In this document: piece by piece, positions 19,369-27,776 of the stretch
How the letters are laid out: each line of letters starts with the position of its first letter
How positions within the stretch are numbered: the first letter of the stretch is position 1
Assembly (NCBI GenBank): GCA_031411295.1
Contig: JANOAV010000035.1
Coordinates: forward strand, 68,926 to 132,925
DNA length: 64,000 nt
From: Verrucomicrobiales bacterium
Lineage (GTDB): Bacteria > Verrucomicrobiota > Verrucomicrobiia > Verrucomicrobiales > V1-33
Reading direction: 5' to 3'
Position numbers and translations under genes: made by a program
Notes under the pieces: generated by a model
The model's input: the letters and a program-made list of their open reading frames with translations, nothing else
Databases searched by the model: none
Told to the model about the DNA's origin: nothing

Positions 19369-21336
19369 ATGAGCCACGAAACCATCGAATCCCATCTTGT
19401 TGAAAATCGCGTCTTTGCTCCGCCAGCGGCGTTTGCCCGGGGGGCTCGGGTGACTTCCATGGAGGACTATCAGGAACGCTATACGGCTTCCATCAAGGAC
19501 CCTGCGGCCTTCTGGGCCAGTGAGGCGGCGGAGTTGGATTGGCAGGCTCCATGGGCGGAAACACTGCGTTGGGAGGTCCCTTTCGCGCAGTGGTTTGTGG
19601 GTGGGAAAATCAACCTGTGCGAGAACTGTGTGGATCGGCACGCCAATAATCCCGATCGCAAATACAAGGCCGCCATCATCTTCGAAGGCGAACCGGGCGA
19701 CACCCGCACGATCACTTATGGCGAACTGCAGCACGAAGTGGCCCGCACTGCGAATATGTTCCTTGCGCAGGGCATTAAGTCTGGTGATCGCGTGATTGTT
19801 TACATGCCGATGATTCCCGAGGCGGCCATTACGATGCTGGCTTGTGCCCGCATTGGAGCCGTGCACAGCGTCATTTTCGGTGGGTTCAGCGCCAGTGCGA
19901 TTTATGATCGGGTGCTGGATAGCGGTGCCACGCACATCATCACTGCGGACGGCGGTTGGCGGCGGGGGAAGACGGTGCCGCTGAAGGACAATGTGGACGC
20001 CGCCCTGGCCATGGGCACGACGCCGGTAAAAAGCGTGGTGGTGTTCCAACGCACCAAGCAGGCGGTGGCGATGGAAGCGGGACGGGATGTCTGGTGGCAT
20101 GAGGCGATTGCAGGGGCCAGCACGGATTGTCCGCCAGTGGGATTGGATTCGGAACATCCGTTGTTCATTCTCTACACCAGCGGATCGACCGGGAAACCGA
20201 AGGGCATCCTGCACACCACCGGTGGGTATGCGGTGGGAACTCACGCCACCACCAAATACATTTTCGACCTGCAGGAAAAGGACGTTTACTGGTGCACGGC
20301 AGATGTGGGTTGGATCACGGGGCATAGTTACATTGTCTATGGACCACTGGCCAATGGGGCCACGGTGCTGATGTATGAAGGCGCGCCCGATACGCCGCAC
20401 TTCGGCCGCTTCTGGGAGATCGTGGAGAAATACAAGGTGAGCATTCTCTACACCGCCCCCACCGCCATCCGTGCCTTCATTAAGTGGGGGGACGAGCATG
20501 TCACGAAATATGATCTCTCCAGCCTTCGATTGTTAGGCTCGGTGGGGGAACCAATCAATCCGGAGGCCTGGATGTGGTATCACAAAATGATCGGTGGCAG
20601 CCGCTGTCCGATAGTGGATACTTGGTGGCAGACGGAAACGGGAGCCATCCTGATTTCTCCCATGCCCGGAGCCACGCCCACCAAACCCGGCACCGCCACG
20701 TTGCCCTTCTTCGGCATTGATGCCGCCATTGTCGATGAGACCGGTCAAGAGTGCGGCCCCAATGAAGGTGGTCGCCTCGTGGTGCGTCATCCCTGGCCCT
20801 CCATGCTGCGCACGCTCTGGGGCGATGCCGAGCGCTATGCCGCCACTTACTGGGCAGAGTATCCCGGATGGTATCTGACAGGCGACGGGGCGCGTCGTGA
20901 CGAAGATGGCTATTTCTGGATCGTGGGTCGCTTGGACGACGTGCTGAATGTTTCCGGCCATCGCTTGGGCACGGCGGAATTGGAAAGTGCGCTGGCCAGC
21001 CATCCAGCAGTAGCGGAAGCCGCCGTCGTGGGTCGCCCGGACGAAATCAAAGGTCAGGCACCCGTGGCATTTGTGACGTTGAAGACTGGATTTGAAGCTT
21101 CCCATGATTTGGCGAAAGCCCTAAAGGCCCACGTGGCCAAGGAAATTGGGGCCATCGCGCGCCCGGATGATATTCGTTTCACGGCCTCGTTGCCGAAGAC
21201 ACGCTCCGGCAAAATCATGCGGCGCTTGCTGAAGGAAATTTGCGCGGGCGGACAAATCAAGGGTGATACCACGACCTTGGATGACCTCAGCGTGCTGGCG
21301 AGCCTATCCGCTGCCGCCAAGGCCGATGATGAGTAG
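19369..21336 (+). CDS. acs: Acetyl-CoA synthetase
   Basis: 655 aa. AMP-binding signature [18 protein letters not shown], and a C-terminal [12 protein letters not shown]. Confidence 0.95.
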   Translation: MSHETIESHLVENRVFAPPAAFARGARVTSMEDYQERYTASIKDPAAFWASEAAELDWQAPWAETLRWEVPFAQWFVGGKINLCENCVDRHANNPDRKYKAAIIFEGEPGDTRTITYGELQHEVARTANMFLAQGIKSGDRVIVYMPMIPEAAITMLACARIGAVHSVIFGGFSASAIYDRVLDSGATHIITADGGWRRGKTVPLKDNVDAALAMGTTPVKSVVVFQRTKQAVAMEAGRDVWWHEAIAGASTDCPPVGLDSEHPLFILYTSGSTGKPKGILHTTGGYAVGTHATTKYIFDLQEKDVYWCTADVGWITGHSYIVYGPLANGATVLMYEGAPDTPHFGRFWEIVEKYKVSILYTAPTAIRAFIKWGDEHVTKYDLSSLRLLGSVGEPINPEAWMWYHKMIGGSRCPIVDTWWQTETGAILISPMPGATPTKPGTATLPFFGIDAAIVDETGQECGPNEGGRLVVRHPWPSMLRTLWGDAERYAATYWAEYPGWYLTGDGARRDEDGYFWIVGRLDDVLNVSGHRLGTAELESALASHPAVAEAAVVGRPDEIKGQAPVAFVTLKTGFEASHDLAKALKAHVAKEIGAIARPDDIRFTASLPKTRSGKIMRRLLKEICAGGQIKGDTTTLDDLSVLASLSAAAKADDE

Positions 21337-21360
21337 AGTTGCTGCTCTGAATCGAGTGTG

Positions 21361-21383
21361 ACCGCAGTCCGCCGGACTGCGGT
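21361..21383. terminator. Hairpin between the convergent acs and mazG genes (possible bidirectional terminator)
   Basis: ACCGCAGTCC-GCC-GGACTGCGGT, a 10-bp stem with no clear T-tract. Confidence 0.4.
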
Positions 21384-21391
21384 GGCACGCG

Positions 21392-22186
21392 TTAGGATTT
21401 CATTTTAGCGGCTTGCCAATGGGCCTCCATGGTTGCGACGTCCGCTACGCCCAAGGGCGTGGTCGTGGTTTGGAGGCTGGTTTCCATTTGATGGAAACGA
21501 TCCGTGAATTTGGTGTTCGTCGCACTGAGCAGGACCTCGGGGTCGTGGCCCAGTTTGCGGGCCAGATTGACGACGCTGAAGAGGAGATCGCCAATTTCTT
21601 CTGCGGTGGCCACGGGATCGCCCTTGGCTAGTTCCACCTCGGTTTCGGCTAGTTCTTCGCGAATTTTCTCGATGATGCCGACAGTGTCTGGCCAGTCGAA
21701 CCCTACTTTGGCCGCCTTCTTCTGGAGTTTAGCGGCTCGGGTTAGGCTGGGGAGGGCTTTGGTGATGCCTTCCAGAAAGGCCTGCGGTCGATTCCCCTTT
21801 TCAGCTTTTTTGATTTCATCCCATTGCTTCAAGACGGCGGAGGTATCGCTAACATCACTGGAGCCATAGACGTGAGGATGGCGGCGGATGAGCTTTTCAG
21901 AAATGCCGTGAGCAATGGTGTCGAGGTTGAAGCGATCGGTCTCGGAGGCGATTTCGCCATGCAGGACGACTTGGAGGAGGAGGTCGCCCAACTCTTCGCG
22001 CATGTGTTCAGTGTCGTCGGACTGGATGGCTTCCAGCGTTTCGTAAGCTTCTTCCAGTAAATTTGTGCCCAAGGAAAGGTGCGTTTGCTCCTGATCCCAG
22101 GGACAGCCCCCCGGGCTGCGCAGATCATGCACAATTTGCTTCAAGCGCGTGAGGCCGTCGGGATGGATTGGGGTGGGGAGGGGCAT
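21392..22186 (-). CDS. mazG: Nucleoside triphosphate pyrophosphohydrolase MazG
   Basis: Tandem MazG domains (CPWDQEQTH..EEAYE..ELGDLLLQV and FDWPD..EELAE..EIGDLLF). The start is taken at MPLPTPIHPDG (ATG at 22186); the 408-aa track ORF is an upstream extension. Confidence 0.85.
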   Translation of the reverse strand: MPLPTPIHPDGLTRLKQIVHDLRSPGGCPWDQEQTHLSLGTNLLEEAYETLEAIQSDDTEHMREELGDLLLQVVLHGEIASETDRFNLDTIAHGISEKLIRRHPHVYGSSDVSDTSAVLKQWDEIKKAEKGNRPQAFLEGITKALPSLTRAAKLQKKAAKVGFDWPDTVGIIEKIREELAETEVELAKGDPVATAEEIGDLLFSVVNLARKLGHDPEVLLSATNTKFTDRFHQMETSLQTTTTPLGVADVATMEAHWQAAKMKS

Positions 22187-22283
22187 GATAAGTAACGGAG
22201 CAGGAGAATTGGAGCGAGGAGTGGCGGCAGGACAAACGCGGGCCCCTCCGAGCGGTGCGCTAAATTTCCCCCACTGGCAAGAG

Positions 22284-22463
22284 CTAATCGCCCAGTCCCA
22301 GCGCCTCCGCCCAGACTTCATCATCCGCTTCATCGAAGCGAATGAGCATGGGGCGACAGCAGACTTCGCAATCGTAATCGACCTCACACGGGACCTCGTC
22401 CAGGGACGGGGCCAGCACGGAGAATTCCTCGAAGCAGGATGGGCAAGTGACAGGGCAGAGCAT
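22284..22463 (-). CDS. CPXCG-motif cysteine-rich small protein
   Basis: 59 aa: MLCPVTCPSCFEEFSVLAPSLDEVPCEVDYDCEVCCRPMLIRFDEADDEV. It matches the CPxC..DC.VCCRP pattern of this family. The longer track ORF is an N-terminal extension. Confidence 0.65.
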   Translation of the reverse strand: MLCPVTCPSCFEEFSVLAPSLDEVPCEVDYDCEVCCRPMLIRFDEADDEVWAEALGLGD

Positions 22464-22680
22464 CGCGCAACATGGACCAAAATGCGATCGGTCGCAAGTT
22501 CCGCGTAATCCAGAACCAATGCGCGTGTGGTGCGTAATGCTGCGATGGACCATGCTGCTATCCACCGATGGCATTGTCGTGTGTCGGTTCGGAAGAAAAA
22601 CCATTTTCTTTCCGCCAATCGCTGCTATTCTCCGCGCTCCCGCACCGACCCATTTTCTCCTTTTTCCATTCCCTCCGGCC

Positions 22681-25600
22681 ATGACCAGCGCTCAAATTCG
22701 CCAATCCTTCCTCGATTTCTTCAAGTCCAAGCAACACACCATCGTGCCCAGCGACAACGTGGGTTACACGAGCCGTGATGGCGCGCGGATCTTTACCAAT
22801 GCAGGGATGAATCAGTTCGTGCCCATCTTCCTGGGCGAGCGCACCGCCGATGTGGACACCTGGCCGGGCGTGCTCAGCAAGGGCCTGCCCACGCGGGCAG
22901 CGGACACGCAGAAGTGCATTCGCGCAGGCGGGAAACACAACGATTTGGAGGATGTGGGCCTGGACACTTACCACCACACGTTCTTCGAAATGTTGGGGAA
23001 CTGGAGTTTTGGCGACTATTTCAAAAAGGAAGCCATCGCTTGGGCGTGGGAACTGGTGATCGAGAAATGGAAATTTCCACCCACCCGCGTCTTCGCCACC
23101 ATTTACCAACCCGGCCCCGGGGATCCAGCGGATCGCGACCAGGAGGCCTGGGACATCTGGGCGGAGAAATTCCGCAGCGTGGGCTTGGACCCGGACATTC
23201 ACATCGTGAACGGCAACAAGAAGGACAACTTCTGGATGATGGCCGACACCGGTCCGTGCGGTCCGTGCACAGAAGTGCATATCGACCTAACACCCGGCCC
23301 GATTGCCTTGGATGAAGATCGCCAACGCGCTGGTGCAAAGCTGGTGAATGGATCGGACGCGAGCTGTATTGAGATCTGGAACAATGTGTTCATTCAATAC
23401 AATGCCAATCCCGATGGCACCTTCGTGCCGCTGCCCGCCCAACACGTCGATACCGGCATGGGCTTCGAGCGCGTGTGTTCGATCATCCAAGGCACGAAAA
23501 ATTTCACCGACTTCGAGACTGCGAAGATCAGCAATTATGACACGGATGTCTTCAAGCCGATCTTCGATGAACTAACTAAACTCAGCGGCAAGCACTACAA
23601 GAGCACGCTCCCGAAAGCCAACGAGCAAGGAAACGTAGTCCCTGTGACCGAGCAGGAGAAAATCGACGTGGCCTTCCGCGTCATTGCCGACCATTTGCGC
23701 ACCCTGAGTTTCTCCATTGCGGACGGCATTCAGCCGGGGAACTCGGATCGGAATTACACCCTGCGCCGGATCCTGCGTCGGGCGGTAAAATACGGCCGCA
23801 CCCTGGAATTCCAGGAGCCGTTCTTCTACAAACTGGTGGACGTGCTGGCCGAACACATGGGCGATGTCTTCCCGGAGATTCGTGTGAAGCGTGAGCAGGT
23901 GAAGGCGGTGCTGAAGGTCGAAGAGGAGAGCTTTAATCGGACGCTGGATAAGGGCATCGTGCTATTCGAGAGCGAAGCGAATCGATTGCTAGGCACCGCA
24001 GGTGCCGCCCCGGGTAGGGCGGGTGTCTCACCCGCCGGGGTCGGCGTCCCGCCGACCTCTCAGGGCGTCTCGCCCTCTTCTGGTGCGTCTCGCACCAAAC
24101 GCAGAACGCTGCCCCATTTCGAAAAACCTTGGGCCATTTACAACCTCACGGTCACCACGCGTGATCGTCGTTTCCTAACTCCCGAGGCAAGAACCATTAC
24201 GCTGGACGCCATCAAACATTTTGATGGCAAGCGTTTCGAGCTATTTGCAGCTTGTGTGATGCCGGACCATTTTCACATGCTCCTACAACCTTGGCCGAAG
24301 GAAAACGATGGAACCTCCGTGTTCTGGACGTTGGGCGAGATTATGCATTCCGTAAAGAGTTTTACTGCAAAGGAGATTAACAAGCAGGAAGGGACTACTG
24401 GCTCGGTGTGGAATGAGGAACGGTTTGATCGCTATATTCGGTCAGATGCTGATTTGGAGGAGAAGTATAACTATATTTTAGATAACCCTCGCAGGGCTGA
24501 AATTGTCTCCATGGTTGGGGAGTATCAGTGGACTTGGACGCACGATGACAGGCTGGGCGAGACGCCCGAAGGAAGCGAGACGCTTCGTGCGTTTGGCGAG
24601 ACGCCAAACGCGGCGGGCGGGACGCCCGCCCTACCCGTGCCTTGCGATGCCTCCGGCATCGTCCCATCTGGCGCAACTTGCGCCGATTCCTCAGGTAGGG
24701 CGGGTGTCCCGCCCCTTTCCGCAGACTTCGCCTTCCGCCTTTACGACGAACAAGGCTTCCCACTAGACCTCACAGAACTCCTAGCGCGCGAACGCGGCCT
24801 AACGGTAGACACCGCTGGCTTTGAAAAACTAATGGATGAACAAAAGGCTCGCGCTCGTGCGGCTGGCCAAAAGAACAAACAGATCGTTTCCGTCAGTGAA
24901 ATCGAGACCAAGGAACCGACGAAATTTATCGGTTACGATGCATTGGAAGCCGATGCCAAGGTGCTGGAAGTCGTTTCCATGAAGGATAAGACAGCGGTGG
25001 TCTTGGACACATCCACTTGCTATGCCGAAATGGGCGGTCAGGTGGGTGATGCCGGTAATTTCATCATCGGGGCCAACAATTTCCCCATCGTTTCCACCAC
25101 CAAGGTCGGCAACACATGGCTGCATTTCCTGGAAGGCGAAGACGCCCCGGCGGTTGGTTCCACGGTGCGACTCGCAGTGGATGCGGAGCGTCGTCACGCC
25201 ATCGAGCGGCACCATACCGTGACCCATATTCTGCATTGGGCACTGCATGAGGTCGTCAACAAAGACGCCACCCAGAAGGGCTCCAACGTGACTCCAGAGA
25301 AACTCACCTTCGATTTCAACAGCGCAGCCCTAACGCCGAACCAATTGGCCGACATCGAGCGTCTGGTGAACGAACGCATCGTGGCGAACGAATCCGTTTC
25401 CTGGAGCGAAGTGCCCTACGCCGACATCAAATCCAACCCCGGCATCATGGCTCTCTTTGGCGAGAAATATGGCGATCTGGTCCGCGTGGTGCAGATCGGC
25501 GGGAAGCCTCATGCGCTCAACGGTTACAGCATGGAACTCTGCGGCGGCACCCACACCCGCGGCACGGGTGAAATCGGACTCTTCAAACTGGTCAGCGAAA

Positions 25601-26151
25601 GCGCAGTAGCCGCAGGCGTCCGCCGTATCGAAGCCATTGCCGGCCTCGAAGCCTACCACACCGCCCGCAGCGAAACCGAACTCCTCCGCACCCTGGCCGG
25701 GAAACTCAGCGCTCAAGGCACCGCTGACTTGGAAAAGAAATTGGACGCTATGCTGGAACACACCAAGTCACTAGAACGCACTATTAAAGCCGCCCAGCAG
25801 CGCGAAGCCTCCGGCAAAGCCAAGGAACTTCTCGCCAGCGCCAAGGAAAACATCATCATCGCCAACCTGGGCGATGTGGATGCCGACTACCTCGTAGCCG
25901 TGACTGATGTGCTCAAAGTGCAACTGAACGGCGTGGTCGTCCTCGGCGGCACCGGCGGCGGAAACGTCGCGTTAGTGGCCAGCGTGGGTAAAGATTGGCA
26001 AGCCCGCGTGCAGGCAGGCAAAATCATCTCCGCCATCGCCCCCATCGTCGGCGGCAAAGGCGGCGGCAAACCCGACTTCGCCCGCGGCGGCGGCAAGGAC
26101 AGCAGCAAAGTGGACCAAGCCCTGACTGAGGCACGGAAGTTGATTGGATAG
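22681..26151 (+). CDS. alaS: Alanine--tRNA ligase carrying a ~240-aa in-frame insertion
   Basis: Starts MTSAQIRQSFLDFFKSKQHTIVPS. Class II core, FRLYDEQGFPLDLT, editing-site HHTVTHILHWALH and CGGTH, and a C-terminal GGKGGGKPDFARGGG. It is 1156 aa versus 876 aa in E. coli. The track ORF start at 22447 is an upstream extension. Confidence 0.95.
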   Translation: MTSAQIRQSFLDFFKSKQHTIVPSDNVGYTSRDGARIFTNAGMNQFVPIFLGERTADVDTWPGVLSKGLPTRAADTQKCIRAGGKHNDLEDVGLDTYHHTFFEMLGNWSFGDYFKKEAIAWAWELVIEKWKFPPTRVFATIYQPGPGDPADRDQEAWDIWAEKFRSVGLDPDIHIVNGNKKDNFWMMADTGPCGPCTEVHIDLTPGPIALDEDRQRAGAKLVNGSDASCIEIWNNVFIQYNANPDGTFVPLPAQHVDTGMGFERVCSIIQGTKNFTDFETAKISNYDTDVFKPIFDELTKLSGKHYKSTLPKANEQGNVVPVTEQEKIDVAFRVIADHLRTLSFSIADGIQPGNSDRNYTLRRILRRAVKYGRTLEFQEPFFYKLVDVLAEHMGDVFPEIRVKREQVKAVLKVEEESFNRTLDKGIVLFESEANRLLGTAGAAPGRAGVSPAGVGVPPTSQGVSPSSGASRTKRRTLPHFEKPWAIYNLTVTTRDRRFLTPEARTITLDAIKHFDGKRFELFAACVMPDHFHMLLQPWPKENDGTSVFWTLGEIMHSVKSFTAKEINKQEGTTGSVWNEERFDRYIRSDADLEEKYNYILDNPRRAEIVSMVGEYQWTWTHDDRLGETPEGSETLRAFGETPNAAGGTPALPVPCDASGIVPSGATCADSSGRAGVPPLSADFAFRLYDEQGFPLDLTELLARERGLTVDTAGFEKLMDEQKARARAAGQKNKQIVSVSEIETKEPTKFIGYDALEADAKVLEVVSMKDKTAVVLDTSTCYAEMGGQVGDAGNFIIGANNFPIVSTTKVGNTWLHFLEGEDAPAVGSTVRLAVDAERRHAIERHHTVTHILHWALHEVVNKDATQKGSNVTPEKLTFDFNSAALTPNQLADIERLVNERIVANESVSWSEVPYADIKSNPGIMALFGEKYGDLVRVVQIGGKPHALNGYSMELCGGTHTRGTGEIGLFKLVSESAVAAGVRRIEAIAGLEAYHTARSETELLRTLAGKLSAQGTADLEKKLDAMLEHTKSLERTIKAAQQREASGKAKELLASAKENIIIANLGDVDADYLVAVTDVLKVQLNGVVVLGGTGGGNVALVASVGKDWQARVQAGKIISAIAPIVGGKGGGKPDFARGGGKDSSKVDQALTEARKLIG
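23995..24715 (+). mobile_element. REP-flanked HUH/Y1 tyrosine-transposase (RAYT / IS200-like) module inserted in frame within alaS
   Basis: The encoded segment RRTLPHFEKPWAIYNLTVTTRD..FAACVMPDHFHMLLQP..MHSVKSFTAKEINK..GSVWNEERFDRYIRSD..KYNYILDNPRRAEIV..YQWTW has an HUH motif (CAT TTT CAC, 24268..24276) and a Tyr in Y-I-x-x-N-P (24472..24474). Flanking hairpins lie at 24018..24036, 24615..24635 (inverted) and 24698..24714. A 15-bp direct repeat GGTAGGGCGGGTGTC occurs at 24013 and 24694, 681 bp (227 codons) apart. Confidence 0.8.
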
Positions 26152-26400
26152 GCTGTGACGGCTACTGAACTCACCGCTCATTTGACAGCGCCCCCTGACT
26201 TGCCTGAAATGAGGAACACCGAACCCTACCTTGCTTCCGAGGCCATGCGGCACAACGTTCGTGGCATTCGTCAGAAAATCATGAAGCGCAGTCCAGACGT
26301 CATGTGCGCGCTCGACGACTATCCACCCACTTCATGGGCGCCGAATGGGGCGCGGTTAAGCCCAAGTTGACAAGCCCCCGCTCGTCCCGCATGTTGCTCC

Positions 26401-27234
26401 ATGGCCCAGCGGTATCTAGACCCGAAAAACGCCATCGTGTTCAAGCGCATATTTGGCGAGCATCCGCTGATTCTGCGCTCGTTTCTCAATGCGTTATTGC
26501 CATTGCCGGAGGATGGTCCGATCGTTTCACTCGAGTATCTCAATCCCGAGCAAGTGCCGCAGTTGCCGCTGCTGAAAAACTCCATCGTGGATGTTCGCTG
26601 TCGAGATCAACAGGGACGGCAATTTATCGTGGAAATGCAAATGAACTGGACCAGTGCGTTTTTGCAACGGGTGCTCTTCAATGCCAGCAAAGCCTACGTT
26701 AGACAGCTGGAACGCGGGGAGCAATACGAACTGCTGCAGCCAGTGATGGGCCTGTCCTTGCTGGATGATATCTTTGACCGCAAGAGCGACGAATATTATC
26801 ATCACTATCAATTGGTAAACACCGGTCAGCCTGAACGCGTGATTAAGGATTTACAGTTAGTGTTCGTCGAGTTACCCAAGTTCAAGCCCTCGCGAGCCAT
26901 GGCTCCGCTTAAACGGGCGTGGATTCGCTTCCTGCGGGAAACGGGCGATGCGTCCACCAGTGAGGCCCAGGCTGTATTGAAATCAGAAGTAGCCAGCCAG
27001 GCCCCAGAGATTCAAAATGCGCTGGAGTTGTCAGGCGAAGCCGGTTTCAGCCGAGGCGAATTGGAAGCCTATGACCGCTACTGGGACGCAGTGAGTTCCG
27101 AGCGCACCCTTATTTCAGGAAAATTTTCCGAAGGAAAGGCCGAAGGAAAGGCCGAAACAGAACTGGCTTTGGTAGCCAAACTTGTGGCCGGAGGCATGAG
27201 CGAAGCAGAGGCCAAACGATTGGTTCACGATTAA
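26401..27234 (+). CDS. Rpn-family recombination-promoting nuclease / PD-(D/E)XK putative transposase
   Basis: MAQRYLDPKNAIVFKRIFGE..LLNALL..DVRCRDQQGRQFIVEMQ is typical of the PD-(D/E)XK Rpn/YhgA-like family. The C-terminus has a tandem EGKA repeat. Confidence 0.75.
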   Translation: MAQRYLDPKNAIVFKRIFGEHPLILRSFLNALLPLPEDGPIVSLEYLNPEQVPQLPLLKNSIVDVRCRDQQGRQFIVEMQMNWTSAFLQRVLFNASKAYVRQLERGEQYELLQPVMGLSLLDDIFDRKSDEYYHHYQLVNTGQPERVIKDLQLVFVELPKFKPSRAMAPLKRAWIRFLRETGDASTSEAQAVLKSEVASQAPEIQNALELSGEAGFSRGELEAYDRYWDAVSSERTLISGKFSEGKAEGKAETELALVAKLVAGGMSEAEAKRLVHD

Positions 27235-27254
27235 GGGCATTGCACGTAGAAAAA

Positions 27255-27283
27255 GCCGCTTGGGGGCACCAAGCGGTTTTTTG
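27255..27283. terminator. Rho-independent (bidirectional-looking) terminator after the rpn-like gene
   Basis: Stem CCGCTTGG / CCAAGCGG with a 5-nt loop, flanked by AAAAA upstream and TTTTTT downstream. Confidence 0.75.
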
Positions 27284-27776
27284 ATTTGGGGAATGCGGGT
27301 CTGGTCGCGCATTTGTTTAAGAAGCTTTCGGGAAAAACTTAAGTCTGCTTCCTCCAGATCCACCCTCACGCTCGAAATCGACGCATCCTTGGACCGGTCC
27401 ATGGAGCTTCCCCAGAGCAGGCGGCCATCGCTGAGACGGTGGTCGTCGTCATAGAAGGAGTTCGTCTCCATGACTTCCCTTGGTAGCGCCCAAGTTCGTT
27501 TCAACGCTTAATATCAGTCATAAGAGCGTTCATGCTTACTTCCGGACGCTTTCGTCATTTCCACCACTGACAGTGTGGAATTTACAGACAATCTGCTGGA
27601 GGGATGCCGCTTTTAGCGGCTCGGCTGCTGTTGTCTGGTGGCTTGGCAGGGAATGAGACGGGCTGAAAAGAAATTTTTAGTCGGCAATCATTTCTTGCGC
27701 AAATCACAAAAACATCGCAGAACTACCCCGGCTAATTCCCCCCGAACCCCAAAATTTTCGATCTACCCTAATTCCC

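Noticed and set aside
19354-20499. 381-aa ORF on the minus strand
   Set aside because: It lies entirely antisense to acs, whose identity is unambiguous. It is a typical GC-rich shadow ORF with no recognisable motifs. The same reasoning applies to 9498..10190 (opposite rplY), 28191..29096 (opposite the Sel1 gene), 6014..6898 (opposite grpE/dnaJ), 42232..43140 and 43644..45597 (opposite the FG-GAP and NHL genes), 55699..56760, 32557..33447 and 17645..18388.
14748-21336. pta and acs as a linked acetate-switch locus
   Set aside because: The two genes are on opposite strands, are separated by an unrelated 2.7-kb gene, and no ackA is present. The proximity is probably coincidental.
22187-22618. 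144-codon N-terminal extension of the mazG ORF (408 aa in the track)
   Set aside because: The MazG homology begins at MPLPTPIHPDG (ATG at 22186). The upstream part is Arg/Ser/Cys-rich, has no motifs, and overlaps the CPXCG gene in another frame.
22447-22680. 78-codon N-terminal extension of the alaS ORF in the track
   Set aside because: The canonical AlaRS N-terminus MTSAQIRQSFLDFFKSKQH starts at 22681. The extension overlaps the convergently read CPXCG gene and has no AlaRS similarity.
23992-24715. An intein as the explanation for the alaS insertion
   Set aside because: There is no Cys/Ser/Thr at the N-junction and no His-Asn plus Cys/Ser/Thr at the C-junction. There are no Hint or LAGLIDADG/HNH blocks. 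The insert instead has HUH and Y1 transposase motifs and REP hairpins.
26366-26400. TTGACA at 26366 as a promoter for the rpn-like gene
   Set aside because: The best -10 candidate (CATGTT) is poor and lies only 5 nt from the ATG. This is not enough to support a call.
27128-27151. Tandem 12-bp repeat GAAGGAAAGGCC x2
   Set aside because: It is only two units inside the rpn-like coding sequence (EGKAEGKA). It is not a CRISPR or satellite array. No CRISPR-like repeat-spacer structure was seen anywhere in the window.
27115-27504. 129-aa minus-strand ORF downstream of the rpn-like gene
   Set aside because: It reads straight through the strong terminator hairpin at 27255..27283 and overlaps 120 nt of the rpn-like gene. 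It has no motifs and a low-complexity C-terminus derived from the antisense of the EGKA repeat.
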